A DNA stretch of 64,000 bases from Candidatus Latescibacterota bacterium (GCA_965237525.1 CBDEFO010000008.1:448001-512000); one strand, 5' to 3'. Numbered from the stretch's first letter, positions 30,563 through 42,022 are shown. The notes: generated by a model from the letters alone, not told the origin. A program made the numbers and translations.

Positions 30563-31096
30563 TCAGGTTTGCAATTGTTTTCCTGGTGCTATAACGACTA
30601 ACAACTGATCAGATTCTACGATATCGCCTTTTTTTACCGCTATGTGTTCTAGAATGCCGTTTTGATGGGCTGTGATTTCGTTAAACATCTTCATAGCCTC
30701 AAGGACAATTAGGGTATCACCGTCCTTGACATGGTCTCCGAGGGATTTCTGAACAGAAGTAACGACACCCGGGATAGGAGACATGATCTTTTGCTTGATT
30801 GCATGGATTGTACCTTTGGCTTTGTCAAAGGCTCCTAAGGAGATCTCATCTTTTACGTGTAACGAGAATTGACATCCTCCTATAGATAGAGTGTACTGGT
30901 CACCTTGCACGGAAGTACCAACTTCAATTGATCTATCGCCTATTAGGAGCGAGATAAGACTTTGTGCTATGATATCAACTGCATCAATTGTGTACTGTAC
31001 ATCGTCCACTGTGATGATATAAGCATTCTCTTGTCTTTTTACCTGGACGGAGTGTGTTTTGCCTTCTTCAGTTAGGATGTAGAATCTGTCTTCCAT
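30563..31096 (-). CDS. Biotin carboxyl carrier protein
   Basis: SPIPG..LEAMKMFNEI biotinylation motif. Confidence 0.9.
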   Translation of the reverse strand: MEDRFYILTEEGKTHSVQVKRQENAYIITVDDVQYTIDAVDIIAQSLISLLIGDRSIEVGTSVQGDQYTLSIGGCQFSLHVKDEISLGAFDKAKGTIHAIKQKIMSPIPGVVTSVQKSLGDHVKDGDTLIVLEAMKMFNEITAHQNGILEHIAVKKGDIVESDQLLVVIAPGKQLQT

Positions 31097-31097
31097 A

Positions 31098-32627
31098 TTA
31101 GCTTATATTTGGCATCCCGCTACTTAGTGCTCTCCTTCTACCTGAGAGCTTCCAGGGATTTGAGGCAGGTGGGTAAGTATCTGTTGTAGGTAAGGTAAGT
31201 TGAGATTTGTTAGATTCCACTACAGCGACAGATAGTATTGCTGCAAGTTCGGCCTCGGTATCAGGTTGATCTCTATCTCTCTGTATAGTAAAATGCTTAT
31301 CAAGAAAATGTGTAGTTATATTGCCCTTCAGGAAGAACTTATTATGTAAGAGAAGTCTGTGAAAATCAAGTGTTGTGGTTATACCATCTACCGCGTACTC
31401 TGAAAGAGCACTTCTCATGCGGTGGATAGCCTCCGTGCGATTTCGACCCCATGTCGAAAGCTTCGCTATCAAGGAATCATAATGAATAGGCACATAATAG
31501 CCCTCATAGACTCCACAGTCATTTCTGATCCAGGGGCCTTCAGGTAACCTGAGCCTTTTAATGACGCCGAGAGAGGGGGAGAAGTTGTTACGGAAGTCCT
31601 CAGCATAGATTCGACATTCAATTGCGGAACCGTTTATGTTTATGTCCTTCTGCTCAAAACTTAGTTCGGTGCCCGCTGCTATTTGGATCTGTTCCTTAAC
31701 AAGATCTATGCCGGTTGTTATCTCGGTTATGGGATGCTCTACTTGAAGCCTTGTGTTCATCTCCAGAAAGTAGAAGTTTCTATCTTGATCGACGAGGAAC
31801 TCTACAGTTCCAGCGTTCACGTAGTCTACAAGTGAGGCGGCGGCAACGGCGGCTTTCCCGAGCTGATTTCTCATCTGTTTGTTGACGAAGGTGGACGGGC
31901 ATTCCTCGACTATCTTCTGATATCGCCTCTGGATGGAGCACTCTCTTTCACCCAGGTGGACTATATTCCCGAAAGAATCTCCCAGAACTTGTATTTCAAT
32001 GTGTCTCGGGTCTAGGATGAACTTTTCAAGAAGGAGTCTCTCGTCTCCGAAGGCCGAAAGCGACTCAGATTGAGCTTGCCTGACCGCACTTTTTAGTTCG
32101 CTTTTGGTGCTTGCTATCCTCATACCCTTTCCACCTCCGCCTGCAGCAGCTTTAATAAGTATAGGAAACCCGATCTGGGCCGCGAGCTCAATGATGCTAT
32201 CCACATCAGCTACTGCCTCCTGTGACCCTGAAATTACTGGAATCCCTGCGCTTTGCAGCAGCTTTTTGGCCCTTACTTTATCTCCCATAGCCTCAATGGC
32301 TTCAGGTGAGGGGCCGATGAAACAGATGCTACTGTCGCTGCACGCCTCTGCAAAGAGAGGATTCTCCGCCAAAAAACCGTATCCGGGATGAATCGCCTCA
32401 GCTTTTGTTCTCTGAGCCGCTTCTAGTATAGCTTCAATGTTGAGATAGCTATTTATAGACTCAGCGGGGCCTATACAGACGGCCTCGTCGGCCAAGAGCA
32501 CGTGAAGAGCCTTTCTATCTGGCTCAGAAAACACAGCCACGGAGGCTATTCCCATCTCTCTGAGCGCTCTGATAACGCGAACGGCTATCTCACCTCTATT
32601 TGCGATCAAAACCTTTTTAAACATCAA
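31098..32627 (-). CDS. accC: Biotin carboxylase subunit of an acyl-CoA carboxylase
   Basis: ANRGEIAVR, HPGYGFLAEN, GGGGKGMR, RECSIQRR and EMNTRLQVEHP motifs. Confidence 0.93.
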   Translation of the reverse strand: MMFKKVLIANRGEIAVRVIRALREMGIASVAVFSEPDRKALHVLLADEAVCIGPAESINSYLNIEAILEAAQRTKAEAIHPGYGFLAENPLFAEACSDSSICFIGPSPEAIEAMGDKVRAKKLLQSAGIPVISGSQEAVADVDSIIELAAQIGFPILIKAAAGGGGKGMRIASTKSELKSAVRQAQSESLSAFGDERLLLEKFILDPRHIEIQVLGDSFGNIVHLGERECSIQRRYQKIVEECPSTFVNKQMRNQLGKAAVAAASLVDYVNAGTVEFLVDQDRNFYFLEMNTRLQVEHPITEITTGIDLVKEQIQIAAGTELSFEQKDININGSAIECRIYAEDFRNNFSPSLGVIKRLRLPEGPWIRNDCGVYEGYYVPIHYDSLIAKLSTWGRNRTEAIHRMRSALSEYAVDGITTTLDFHRLLLHNKFFLKGNITTHFLDKHFTIQRDRDQPDTEAELAAILSVAVVESNKSQLTLPTTDTYPPASNPWKLSGRRRALSSGMPNIS

Positions 32628-32693
32628 TTTATCCCTAACGTTAGAATATATGGAACGTTTGATATTTGTTGCTTAATAAGGAGTTTACAAAAA

Positions 32694-33689
32694 CTATAAG
32701 CCCTGTACTTCTTGATATTCGGCCTCACAGGGATGTCCTGGGGCCACCCAGAGTTGCCTGCTTTGGGGCTTGCATATTAAAGACCATATTGTGCCCCACC
32801 CGTGGCCCCTTTTGTCGGATGCATCTACCACATCGCCGTGAGTGCCGGAACATATATAACATGTATGATCTCTGAGAATTTCCTTGGCTGAGTGGACATC
32901 TAGAGTGCCCCGTATTCTGCGCAGCATCTGATCTACTCTGCCATAGCGGAGCCTCGACCTATGCCCTCCCTTGTTGTCTTCTCCTGTTCTGTGATTGGTT
33001 GCTATTATGTAACCATTCGTCGGTTCTCTGACATTTACACAGCCTGGGATAGCCTCCACAACCGCAGCGTCACCGTTGCTATCAGCAAGAAGATAACTCA
33101 TTGTCCTCAGATGAGGTACTGCTTGCATAAAGTCTATAGCATCTCTGACGTTTCCGAGGGTATCCATTATAATTTCCACCACGATGTTCCACTGGAGTCC
33201 AAGCTCTTGGGGCTCTCTTGATGGAAGAGACGCCATCGTAAGACAGAGTCCTTTTTCATTTAGAACGTCAGGACTGCCCGCCCAATGATGTGTGTAAGAT
33301 AGAGTCCGATTAGCCCCATCAGGTCTTATGTACCTCAGCTCACACCATTTGAGATCGGAGTATATCCAATCGTAGTTCCTGCCGACAATCAGGGTTTTGT
33401 CCGCTGTGATCGGTGGGAGAGCGGCGAAGCTTGTGCATCCTCTTAGTATCCCCTCCTTGCGGGCGAAGAAATAGGCAGTAAAGGCTTCGCTTTGGAAGCT
33501 TCCAGCTTCCAAGATGCCCTCAAACTCATCTATAATGGGGGGATATATCGCTTGAACTATCCTTCTGCACTCGTTTGCAAAGTTTACGTCTTCAGGCGAA
33601 GGTATAGGTATAGGCAGCGTAGCGAGGTCTTTGGCCCTTTGCAGACCTATATCGTAGTAACTTCCTTCGAATATCTTCTGTCTTAACAT
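32694..33689 (-). CDS. C45-family Ntn hydrolase/acyltransferase
   Basis: G-CTSF autoprocessing site, GRNYDW, LNEKGL, ATNH and SRLRY motifs. Confidence 0.8.
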   Translation of the reverse strand: MLRQKIFEGSYYDIGLQRAKDLATLPIPIPSPEDVNFANECRRIVQAIYPPIIDEFEGILEAGSFQSEAFTAYFFARKEGILRGCTSFAALPPITADKTLIVGRNYDWIYSDLKWCELRYIRPDGANRTLSYTHHWAGSPDVLNEKGLCLTMASLPSREPQELGLQWNIVVEIIMDTLGNVRDAIDFMQAVPHLRTMSYLLADSNGDAAVVEAIPGCVNVREPTNGYIIATNHRTGEDNKGGHRSRLRYGRVDQMLRRIRGTLDVHSAKEILRDHTCYICSGTHGDVVDASDKRGHGWGTIWSLICKPQSRQLWVAPGHPCEAEYQEVQGL

Positions 33690-33823
33690 CTCAGAATTGA
33701 CAGGTTTGGAGACAGCCTCGGTTAGTAGGTCAAATAGATTAGCGTAATTATAATATATGGATGATTGTATCCAAGGGCAAGTCCTTTCACATATGTAATC
33801 TATTCCTTACATAGCAATTATTG

Positions 33824-33852
33824 TTGACTTCAGATTGAAAAGAGCTTATCTT
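33824..33852 (+). promoter_or_regulatory. Sigma70 promoter for the cupin-obgE unit
   Basis: TTGACT-17-TATCTT. Confidence 0.55.
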
Positions 33853-33897
33853 ACATTTTGGATAAGACGCTCACGTACTATCCAAAAGGAGATGCTT

Positions 33898-34269
33898 ATG
33901 GCTGATGTGAAACCTATTCTGCAAGATGGGCTATTTCACGCCAGACTGGACGAACTGAAGAACAAAAACGGTGATCCTCCCTGGGCAGATCAATTAGTCA
34001 AAACAGATCAGCTTCAGGGCTGGGGCATCTGTTAGCTTCCATGGCAGATCAACGATAGGCATTACCATATCTACGACGAATGGTGGGCCATGCTGCAGGG
34101 TGAAATAGACTGGGAGATCGAAGGCCATTCTCAGCCGATCCACGCGCTCTCTAGAGATTTCATCTTGGTGCCGAAGAATCATTTCTATGAGATTCATCCC
34201 AAGGGGGCCGGTCCATCCATACGCCTTGCTATCAGCGTCCCTGGAGAGGTTCACCGGTACCAACGGTGA
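33898..34269 (+). pseudogene. Cupin-domain protein with an internal TAG
   Basis: AAGGAG RBS and ATG at 33898; TAG at 34033-34035; the same frame continues HYHIYDEWWAMLQGEI..ILVPKN to TGA 34269. Confidence 0.75.
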
Positions 34270-34279
34270 TTAGGTATAA

Positions 34280-35855
<1,576 letters not shown>

Positions 35856-36165
35856 CACGGATCAAATTTCGTAGGAGATCTGAAGAACCACACGTTGAGA
35901 CTATTCATGACACAGTATCAGAAGACAAGACAGACAAAACCTTTGAAAAGATAAGAGACTTTATGAGATTATTATTGGGTTCCCTTTACTACCTTTTAAA
36001 GGAGCTTTTCGATAGATAGCGTCGTGCCTGAACTCTCCTGCTGGGATAATCGGGGGAATCCGGAAAAGATTAAAGTTTTGGCAGATGCAACTAAACGAGA
36101 GTTTAGGCTTCTTATTTGCATAGCCTGCAAGCTGCCAAGTTTGAGTTACGGTGTCAGGAGTGGTA

Positions 36166-37434
36166 ATGACTTCGATCGAAGATCCCCGCAGCTTGGCGAT
36201 AATCGGAGCTGGTCCGATCGGTCTGGAAGCCGGGATCTATGCTCTCAATTTAGGGTACGATGTGAAGGTCTTTGAAAGGGGCTGTGTCGGAGAAAATATC
36301 TTGTGCTGGGGACATGTTAAGATGTTCTCTCCGTGGAGATTCAACTATTCGCGGTTGGGGGCAATGCTGCTTGCCCAGGATGGAGAGAATTTCTGTCCCG
36401 CAGTAGATGAATGTCCCACAGGTAGAGAATATGTCGAAGCATATCTTATTCCTCTCAGCCGACTCTCCATCCTGAGGGGGAGGATATTCCGGGGGACGAA
36501 AATAGTCGCAATAAGCCGGCAGAACCTTCTAAAACATGATCTCATCGGCGATGAGAAAAGAGGTGAAAAAAGATTTCGCATCCTAACACAAGGAAGAGAT
36601 GGTCAGGAGAGGGTATTCTATTCTGATTTCCTGATTGATGCATCGGGCGTCTATGGAAATCATAACTATGTGGGCGACGGGGGGATTCCGGCTCTCGGTG
36701 AAAGAGCCAACGTCTCAAGCATCTCGTATCTGTTAGATGGTGTCCTGGGGAAAGATCGAAATAAATACGCAGGGAAACGGACACTCCTCATGGGAAGTGG
36801 CTATTCGGCAGCGACGAGTGCATGTGATCTAGATAAGTTGGCATCCGAAGTTGAAGGCACATCCGTCCTTTGGATAACGATCGGAAAAGGAGATAAGAAG
36901 ATCCCTTATAAATCTATCCCTGGAGATGAGTTAATCGAAAGGGATGATCTGATTAAAAGAGCCAACGCCATTGCCGAAGGAGCATCCCCTCATATTCAGC
37001 ATCTGCGAGGCATAGTCGTGGAAGAGATTCACAGATGCTCAGAGAATGAGAGCGTAAAGGTGACGCTGAGGAAGGAGGATGAGACCTTCCAAGAAGAGTT
37101 CGATCGCGTCTTGGCCAACGTGGGCTATAGCCCTGATAACAATATATACAGCGAACTGCAAGTCCACGAGTGCTGGGCTACTAAGGGACCTATCAAACTG
37201 GCCGCAGAACTTTTGGGTATAGAGTCAGAAGACTGCCTGGAGCAAGCAAGCCACGGCGTGGAATCCCTGATCAATCCTGAGCCGGGCTTCTTCATATTGG
37301 GCAGCAAAAGTTACGGACTTAACTCCACATTTCTGATCAAGGTTGGACTCTTGCAGATAAAAGACGTCTTTTCATATTTGCAGAACGATTCAAAGTTGGA
37401 CCTCTACGCGGATTCAGCGTTACACATGGATTAA
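36166..37434 (+). CDS. FAD/NAD(P)-dependent oxidoreductase (flavin monooxygenase-like)
   Basis: IIGAGPIG, WGHVKMFSPW, IDASG, GSGYSA and LGSKSYG motifs. Confidence 0.85.
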   Translation: MTSIEDPRSLAIIGAGPIGLEAGIYALNLGYDVKVFERGCVGENILCWGHVKMFSPWRFNYSRLGAMLLAQDGENFCPAVDECPTGREYVEAYLIPLSRLSILRGRIFRGTKIVAISRQNLLKHDLIGDEKRGEKRFRILTQGRDGQERVFYSDFLIDASGVYGNHNYVGDGGIPALGERANVSSISYLLDGVLGKDRNKYAGKRTLLMGSGYSAATSACDLDKLASEVEGTSVLWITIGKGDKKIPYKSIPGDELIERDDLIKRANAIAEGASPHIQHLRGIVVEEIHRCSENESVKVTLRKEDETFQEEFDRVLANVGYSPDNNIYSELQVHECWATKGPIKLAAELLGIESEDCLEQASHGVESLINPEPGFFILGSKSYGLNSTFLIKVGLLQIKDVFSYLQNDSKLDLYADSALHMD

Positions 37435-37440
37435 GGTATT

Positions 37441-38154
37441 ATGTCCGGACCGAAGATCACGGTTATAATTCCGGTTTTAAACGAACAGGTGTCAGTATCG
37501 GAGTGTCTGAGGCAGTTTGAGAGGTTAGACCGGGGTGGAAGCTGCGCTAGCTATTGTGAGATAATCGTGGTAGATGGTGGCAGTTCGGATAGAACTTGGG
37601 ATATAGCATCTGAATTCTCTCAAGCTAAGGTGCTGTTAAGCAAGATCCCGGGAAGAGCTGCGCAGATGAACGCAGGGGCTGAGAGAGCTAGTGGAGACAT
37701 TCTGCTTTTCCTCCACACCGACACCTATCTCCCACAGAACGCCTTCGATGAGATCATAGACTCTATAAACGGCGACGGAACGGTGGGAGGTAGATTTAGA
37801 CTTAGGCTCTCAGAGAGTGGGATATCTTATCGCCTAATAGGGGTGATGAGCACGCTGAGGTCAAAATATTTGGGTATCACTTACGGGGATCAGGCAATAT
37901 ACGTTCGCAAAGATGTCTTTCAGAGAGTCGGTGGCTTTCCGGAGATACCGATATTTGAGGACTCTGAGTTCTGCAAAAAGCTCTCCAGAACGGGTAATTT
38001 CCAGATGCTGGACGAACAGGTAACGGCATCTGCCCGCAGATGGAAAAAGAACGGAGTCTGGAAGACTGTCCTTAAGATGTGGTTGCTCAAGTTCCTGTAT
38101 TCTCTAGAAGTTCCGCCTGAGAAATTGGTGAAGCATTACGAATGTGTCAGGTGA
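37441..38154 (+). CDS. GT2 glycosyltransferase, TIGR04283-like
   Basis: IIPVLNE, VDGGSSD, GRAAQMNAGA, LFLHTD, YGDQ, FED and SARRW motifs. Confidence 0.88.
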   Translation: MSGPKITVIIPVLNEQVSVSECLRQFERLDRGGSCASYCEIIVVDGGSSDRTWDIASEFSQAKVLLSKIPGRAAQMNAGAERASGDILLFLHTDTYLPQNAFDEIIDSINGDGTVGGRFRLRLSESGISYRLIGVMSTLRSKYLGITYGDQAIYVRKDVFQRVGGFPEIPIFEDSEFCKKLSRTGNFQMLDEQVTASARRWKKNGVWKTVLKMWLLKFLYSLEVPPEKLVKHYECVR

Positions 38155-38202
38155 ACAACGCTGCCCTAAGGGAAAGATCTTCTTAATGAGGAGTTATTAA
38201 CA

Positions 38203-39096
38203 TTGGGAAAGATGAACTATCCCTACATATCCCTTGAAACCCTTGACAATCTGTGGTTTCAGATTGGTGGGACGATCTGCAATTTGGAGTGCGTCCACTG
38301 CTTTATAAGCTGTGGCCCGAAGAACCATTCGTTTGGCTTTATGCCCGTTGGGGAGGTAAAGAAGTACCTCCTGGAGTCCGAGAAATTGGGCGTCAAGGAG
38401 TACTATTTCACAGGCGGCGAGCCATTTATGAATAGAGACATTGTGGAGATATTAGAGGAGACATTAAAAATTGGCCCTGCCACTGTCCTTACGAACGCGA
38501 CAATTCTTAAAGATAAGGTTATAAAGGCATTATCTCAGATCGAGGCAAATTCCATCTATTCTTTGGAGTTCAGAGTCAGCTTAGACGGCTTCAGGCCGGA
38601 GGAGAACGATCCTATAAGAGGAGAAGGGACGTTCAACAGGGCTATGGAAGGCGTCAAGTTACTGGTCGATTACGGTTTTTTGCCCATAATAACCGCCACA
38701 AGGGTCTGGGCTCAAGCCGAAGATGAGAGGGTGCAAGAGGGCTTTATCAAAGCCTTAAAGGCAATAGGCTACCAAAGGCCCAGACTCAAGATCCTTCCCT
38801 CGTTGAAGATAGGTAGAGAACTTTTGAGGATCGGCGACTACGAAGACTGGGAGGTGGTCACAGAGGACATGATGGATAGATATGACGCCGGGCAGCTTAT
38901 ATGTTCAAAGAGCCGTATGGTCACGGATAAAGGTGTCTATGTATGCCCCATTCTCATAGATTTCCCCGACGCCAAGTTAGGAGATAATCTGAAAGAATCC
39001 TTCCAGAGCTTTGGGCTGCGGCACAAAGCCTGCTACACCTGTTATACGCACGGAGCTATATGCTCCAACCTTCCATGGGGCATCGAAAATGTTTAG
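38203..39096 (+). CDS. Radical SAM protein
   Basis: CNLECVHC, FTGGEPF and VSLDG motifs; C-terminal C..VCP..CYTC. Confidence 0.92.
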   Translation: MGKMNYPYISLETLDNLWFQIGGTICNLECVHCFISCGPKNHSFGFMPVGEVKKYLLESEKLGVKEYYFTGGEPFMNRDIVEILEETLKIGPATVLTNATILKDKVIKALSQIEANSIYSLEFRVSLDGFRPEENDPIRGEGTFNRAMEGVKLLVDYGFLPIITATRVWAQAEDERVQEGFIKALKAIGYQRPRLKILPSLKIGRELLRIGDYEDWEVVTEDMMDRYDAGQLICSKSRMVTDKGVYVCPILIDFPDAKLGDNLKESFQSFGLRHKACYTCYTHGAICSNLPWGIENV

Positions 39097-39886
39097 TTCT
39101 GGCTACAATAAAATAGCTGTCTTCGGTGGAGTCTATAACAACCATATTGCCCTTGAATCGGCTATTGTGGACGCTAAGAACAGATGCGTGGATGAAGTCT
39201 TCTGCCTGGGAGACCTGGGCGCTTTCGGTCCGAATCCCGATAAGGTCTTTCCTATCCTCAAGGATAACAACGTCAAAGTCCTGAGGGGCAACTATGACGA
39301 CTCCATAGCCAATGAACTAAAGGATTGCCAGTGCGGCTACACCGATCCCAGAGATAACTATTTTGCCAAGATCAGCTACAACTATACGTTTGCTAAAACC
39401 TCTCTAGAGAACAGGAGATGGATGAAAGAACTCCCCTGGGAGTTTAAAATTAAGATAGGAGGCTTCAGAGTCCTGATGTGTCACGGTTCGCCCCGGAAGA
39501 TTAACGAATTCCTCTGGGAATCCACAACTCCGACTCACTTCATAGAAAAGCTTCTCGACGACTACGATGCAGAGGTCATACTGGCCACACATACGGGAAT
39601 GCATTGGAAAAGAGAGATCACAAACGACAGGTGCTTTCTGAACGTCGGGGTTTTAGGTCGCCCGGAGAACGATGGGAGCACCAACGCTTGGTACACTGTT
39701 CTGACAGCATGTAATGGCTCGCTTGATGTGCAATTTGTCCCCTTGGATTACGACTACGAAAGTTTGGCTTTGGAGATGAAGCAGGAGAAGATTCCAGAGG
39801 AGTTCATAGATACGATTCGCTCCGGCTGGTGGACTACGTGTCTTGAGATCTTACCCTCCAAGGAGAGAAGAAGAGGAAAACTTTGA
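39089..39886 (+). CDS. Metallophosphoesterase family protein
   Basis: CLGDLG, RGNYD, CHGSP, THTG and NVG motifs; ATG overlaps the radical SAM stop. Confidence 0.85.
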   Translation: MFSSGYNKIAVFGGVYNNHIALESAIVDAKNRCVDEVFCLGDLGAFGPNPDKVFPILKDNNVKVLRGNYDDSIANELKDCQCGYTDPRDNYFAKISYNYTFAKTSLENRRWMKELPWEFKIKIGGFRVLMCHGSPRKINEFLWESTTPTHFIEKLLDDYDAEVILATHTGMHWKREITNDRCFLNVGVLGRPENDGSTNAWYTVLTACNGSLDVQFVPLDYDYESLALEMKQEKIPEEFIDTIRSGWWTTCLEILPSKERRRGKL

Positions 39887-40000
39887 CGTGGCTCCTACTA
39901 AGAGGTGGTGCAGGCGATCCGTCTTGACGAAAGAGCTATCCCGCATTCTATTTTGGGTGCGGGATTTTGTGTGTCCATATGTTGGCTGAACGGAAGTTAA

Positions 40001-40257
40001 ATGCAAAGTTCGGAAAAGAGAGTCATATTAATTACGGGTATTGCGCATGCTATGACCCATGGGTACATGTTGATCTTCCCTGCTGTGTTGAGCGCCATCA
40101 AAGCCGATATGGACGTGGGATATTTTTCCATAGGTATATTGGGAATAGTTCATACCTTCTTATCGGCCTGGGAGCGCTCCCTGCACGGATGATAGCAGAT
40201 AGGTTTGGATTAAGGAGAGTTCTTATCGTCTTTGACTTTATGGAAGAGATGCAATGA
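40001..40257 (+). pseudogene. MFS transporter 5' fragment, frameshifted and truncated
   Basis: HAMTHGYMLIFPAVL, then IADRFGLRR (motif A) in another frame; ends after about 85 codons. Confidence 0.75.
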
Positions 40258-40454
40258 GTGAAGAGGCTCTTGGCAGATGGATAGCAGAACAGCTGATAAC
40301 GTAATGTTATCAATTTCTGATGTAGGGTGACAATCTAAAAGCGGCTGAAGATATGTCGAAGAAGGTAGTCTATTCTTTCCCTGCCTGCTGTCTGCCAGAT
40401 CGCTTTGGCCTTGACAGTATAAAGGATCGCTCGCTCCGCAGCGATCGCACCTGG

Positions 40455-41114
40455 TTAGAAGCTCCGCAGTTGACCTATCTTGTTAGTTACGTATATTATA
40501 GCGACGGACAGAGAGGTCAAAATCAGCACTAATATCTGAGCCAGCGTGTCCTGCCCCGTGGTAAATGCCTCATATATCGCTAAAGGTATCGTCTGAGTCT
40601 TTCCCCTTATATTCCCCGCAAGCATCAGTGTAGCTCCGAATTCTCCTATTGCCCTTGCAAAGCTGAGCACCAATCCGCTTATAAGGCCGTTCTTTGCAAG
40701 GGCAAGCGTCACCTTCAAGAACGTCTCTAATTTCGTCTTCCCCAGCGTATAAGATACAAGTTCCAGGTCTCTATCTACACCTTCAAACGCCGCCTTTGCC
40801 GATTTGACCATAATAGGGAGAGCTATTACTGTTGATGCAAGCACAGCCGCCTGCCACGTAAATGTCAGGCTCAATCCTGTCAACTCATAGAGGTATTTTC
40901 CTATGATCCCTCTCCTTCCAACCAGAATTATCAGATAGTATCCTGCTACTACAGGAGGGAGCACCATCGGGAGCGTGACCAGAGAATCTAGGAACTCCCT
41001 TCCGAAGAAATTTCTCTTAGCCAGTACCAATCCCAGCCCTCCGCCCAGAATACCTATTATAACTATCGCCGCGCTGGACACGGAAATCGAGAGACTCAGA
41101 GCGTCCCAGATCAT
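40455..41114 (-). CDS. modB: Molybdate ABC transporter permease
   Basis: LPMVLPPVVAG, FARAIGEFGAT and TQTIPLAIY motifs. Confidence 0.93.
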   Translation of the reverse strand: MIWDALSLSISVSSAAIVIIGILGGGLGLVLAKRNFFGREFLDSLVTLPMVLPPVVAGYYLIILVGRRGIIGKYLYELTGLSLTFTWQAAVLASTVIALPIMVKSAKAAFEGVDRDLELVSYTLGKTKLETFLKVTLALAKNGLISGLVLSFARAIGEFGATLMLAGNIRGKTQTIPLAIYEAFTTGQDTLAQILVLILTSLSVAIIYVTNKIGQLRSF

Positions 41115-41178
41115 TCCCTATCCTCCACTTTCTCCCCCAAAAATTCTTTTTATTGTCAGAACAGGAATTTCTGACCTC

Positions 41179-41952
41179 CTAACTTCCAGGGGTAAAGCCG
41201 TATTTCATCAGCACTTTTCTGCTTTCAGATCCTGTTACGAACTCCACAAATCTCTTTGCGAGAGTGATATTCTGGGACCTCTTCAGGACAGCTATCGGAT
41301 ATGCGATCTTTGTATGCCATTCTCTTTGTCCCCTTGCAACGACCCTCACATTTCTTGATATACGCGCATCCGTCGAATAGACCAGGCCCGCACCTGTTTC
41401 GCCCCTCGATACATAATGGAGCACCTGACGCGCGTTCTCTGCGAAGATTAGCTTGGGCTGTAAACTGTCCCACAATCCCAGAGCCTGAAGGACTTCGCGG
41501 CCGTACATTCCCGCTGGGACTCCCTCGTTGCCTAAAGCTATCCTCTCAATCTTTTGGTCCTTCAAAGCCTCAAACGAAAGTGAGTCCGCATCTGCGTCTG
41601 GTGGAACTATCAATACTATGCTGTTACCTGCAAAATCTCTCCTGGTCTCCTCCAAGATCGCCCCCTTCCCTTGAAGCCTGTCCATTTGAATTTGTGCCGC
41701 GCTTGCAAAGATGTCCACAGGCGCCCCGCGTTCGATCTGTTTTTCCAACAGGTTCGATCCGCCGAAGTTGAACCTTACCGAGAGCCCTGGATTGTTCGCC
41801 TCGAACATGTCTCCTATCTGTGCGAAAGAGTCCGTTAAACTTGCAGCCGCCGATACCAAAAGCTCGTTCTTTTTACCTTTATCCTGAGAACATCCGGAGA
41901 GTGAAAGGCAAACTGCAAGTGCCGCCGCTAATTTTAATAGAGCTGTTGCCAT
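41179..41952 (-). CDS. modA: Molybdate ABC transporter substrate-binding lipoprotein
   Basis: Lipobox LSGC, SAAASL, FGGS, VPAGMY and VYSTD motifs. Confidence 0.93.
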   Translation of the reverse strand: MATALLKLAAALAVCLSLSGCSQDKGKKNELLVSAAASLTDSFAQIGDMFEANNPGLSVRFNFGGSNLLEKQIERGAPVDIFASAAQIQMDRLQGKGAILEETRRDFAGNSIVLIVPPDADADSLSFEALKDQKIERIALGNEGVPAGMYGREVLQALGLWDSLQPKLIFAENARQVLHYVSRGETGAGLVYSTDARISRNVRVVARGQREWHTKIAYPIAVLKRSQNITLAKRFVEFVTGSESRKVLMKYGFTPGS

Positions 41953-41960
41953 CTCATCAG

Positions 41961-41990
41961 CAAAACAAAAAAAGCGGACTTAAGATCCGC
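41961..41990 (-). terminator. Intrinsic terminator
   Basis: GCGGA-TCTTAAG-TCCGC hairpin followed by a T-run on the minus strand. Confidence 0.6.
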
Positions 41991-42022
41991 CCGGTGGAAG
42001 ATGCGCCATCCTGCTTGACAGT

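Noticed and set aside
36166..39886. Selenocysteine recoding in the radical SAM cluster
   Set aside because: The ORFs look full length with Cys at motif positions; no in-frame TGA is needed
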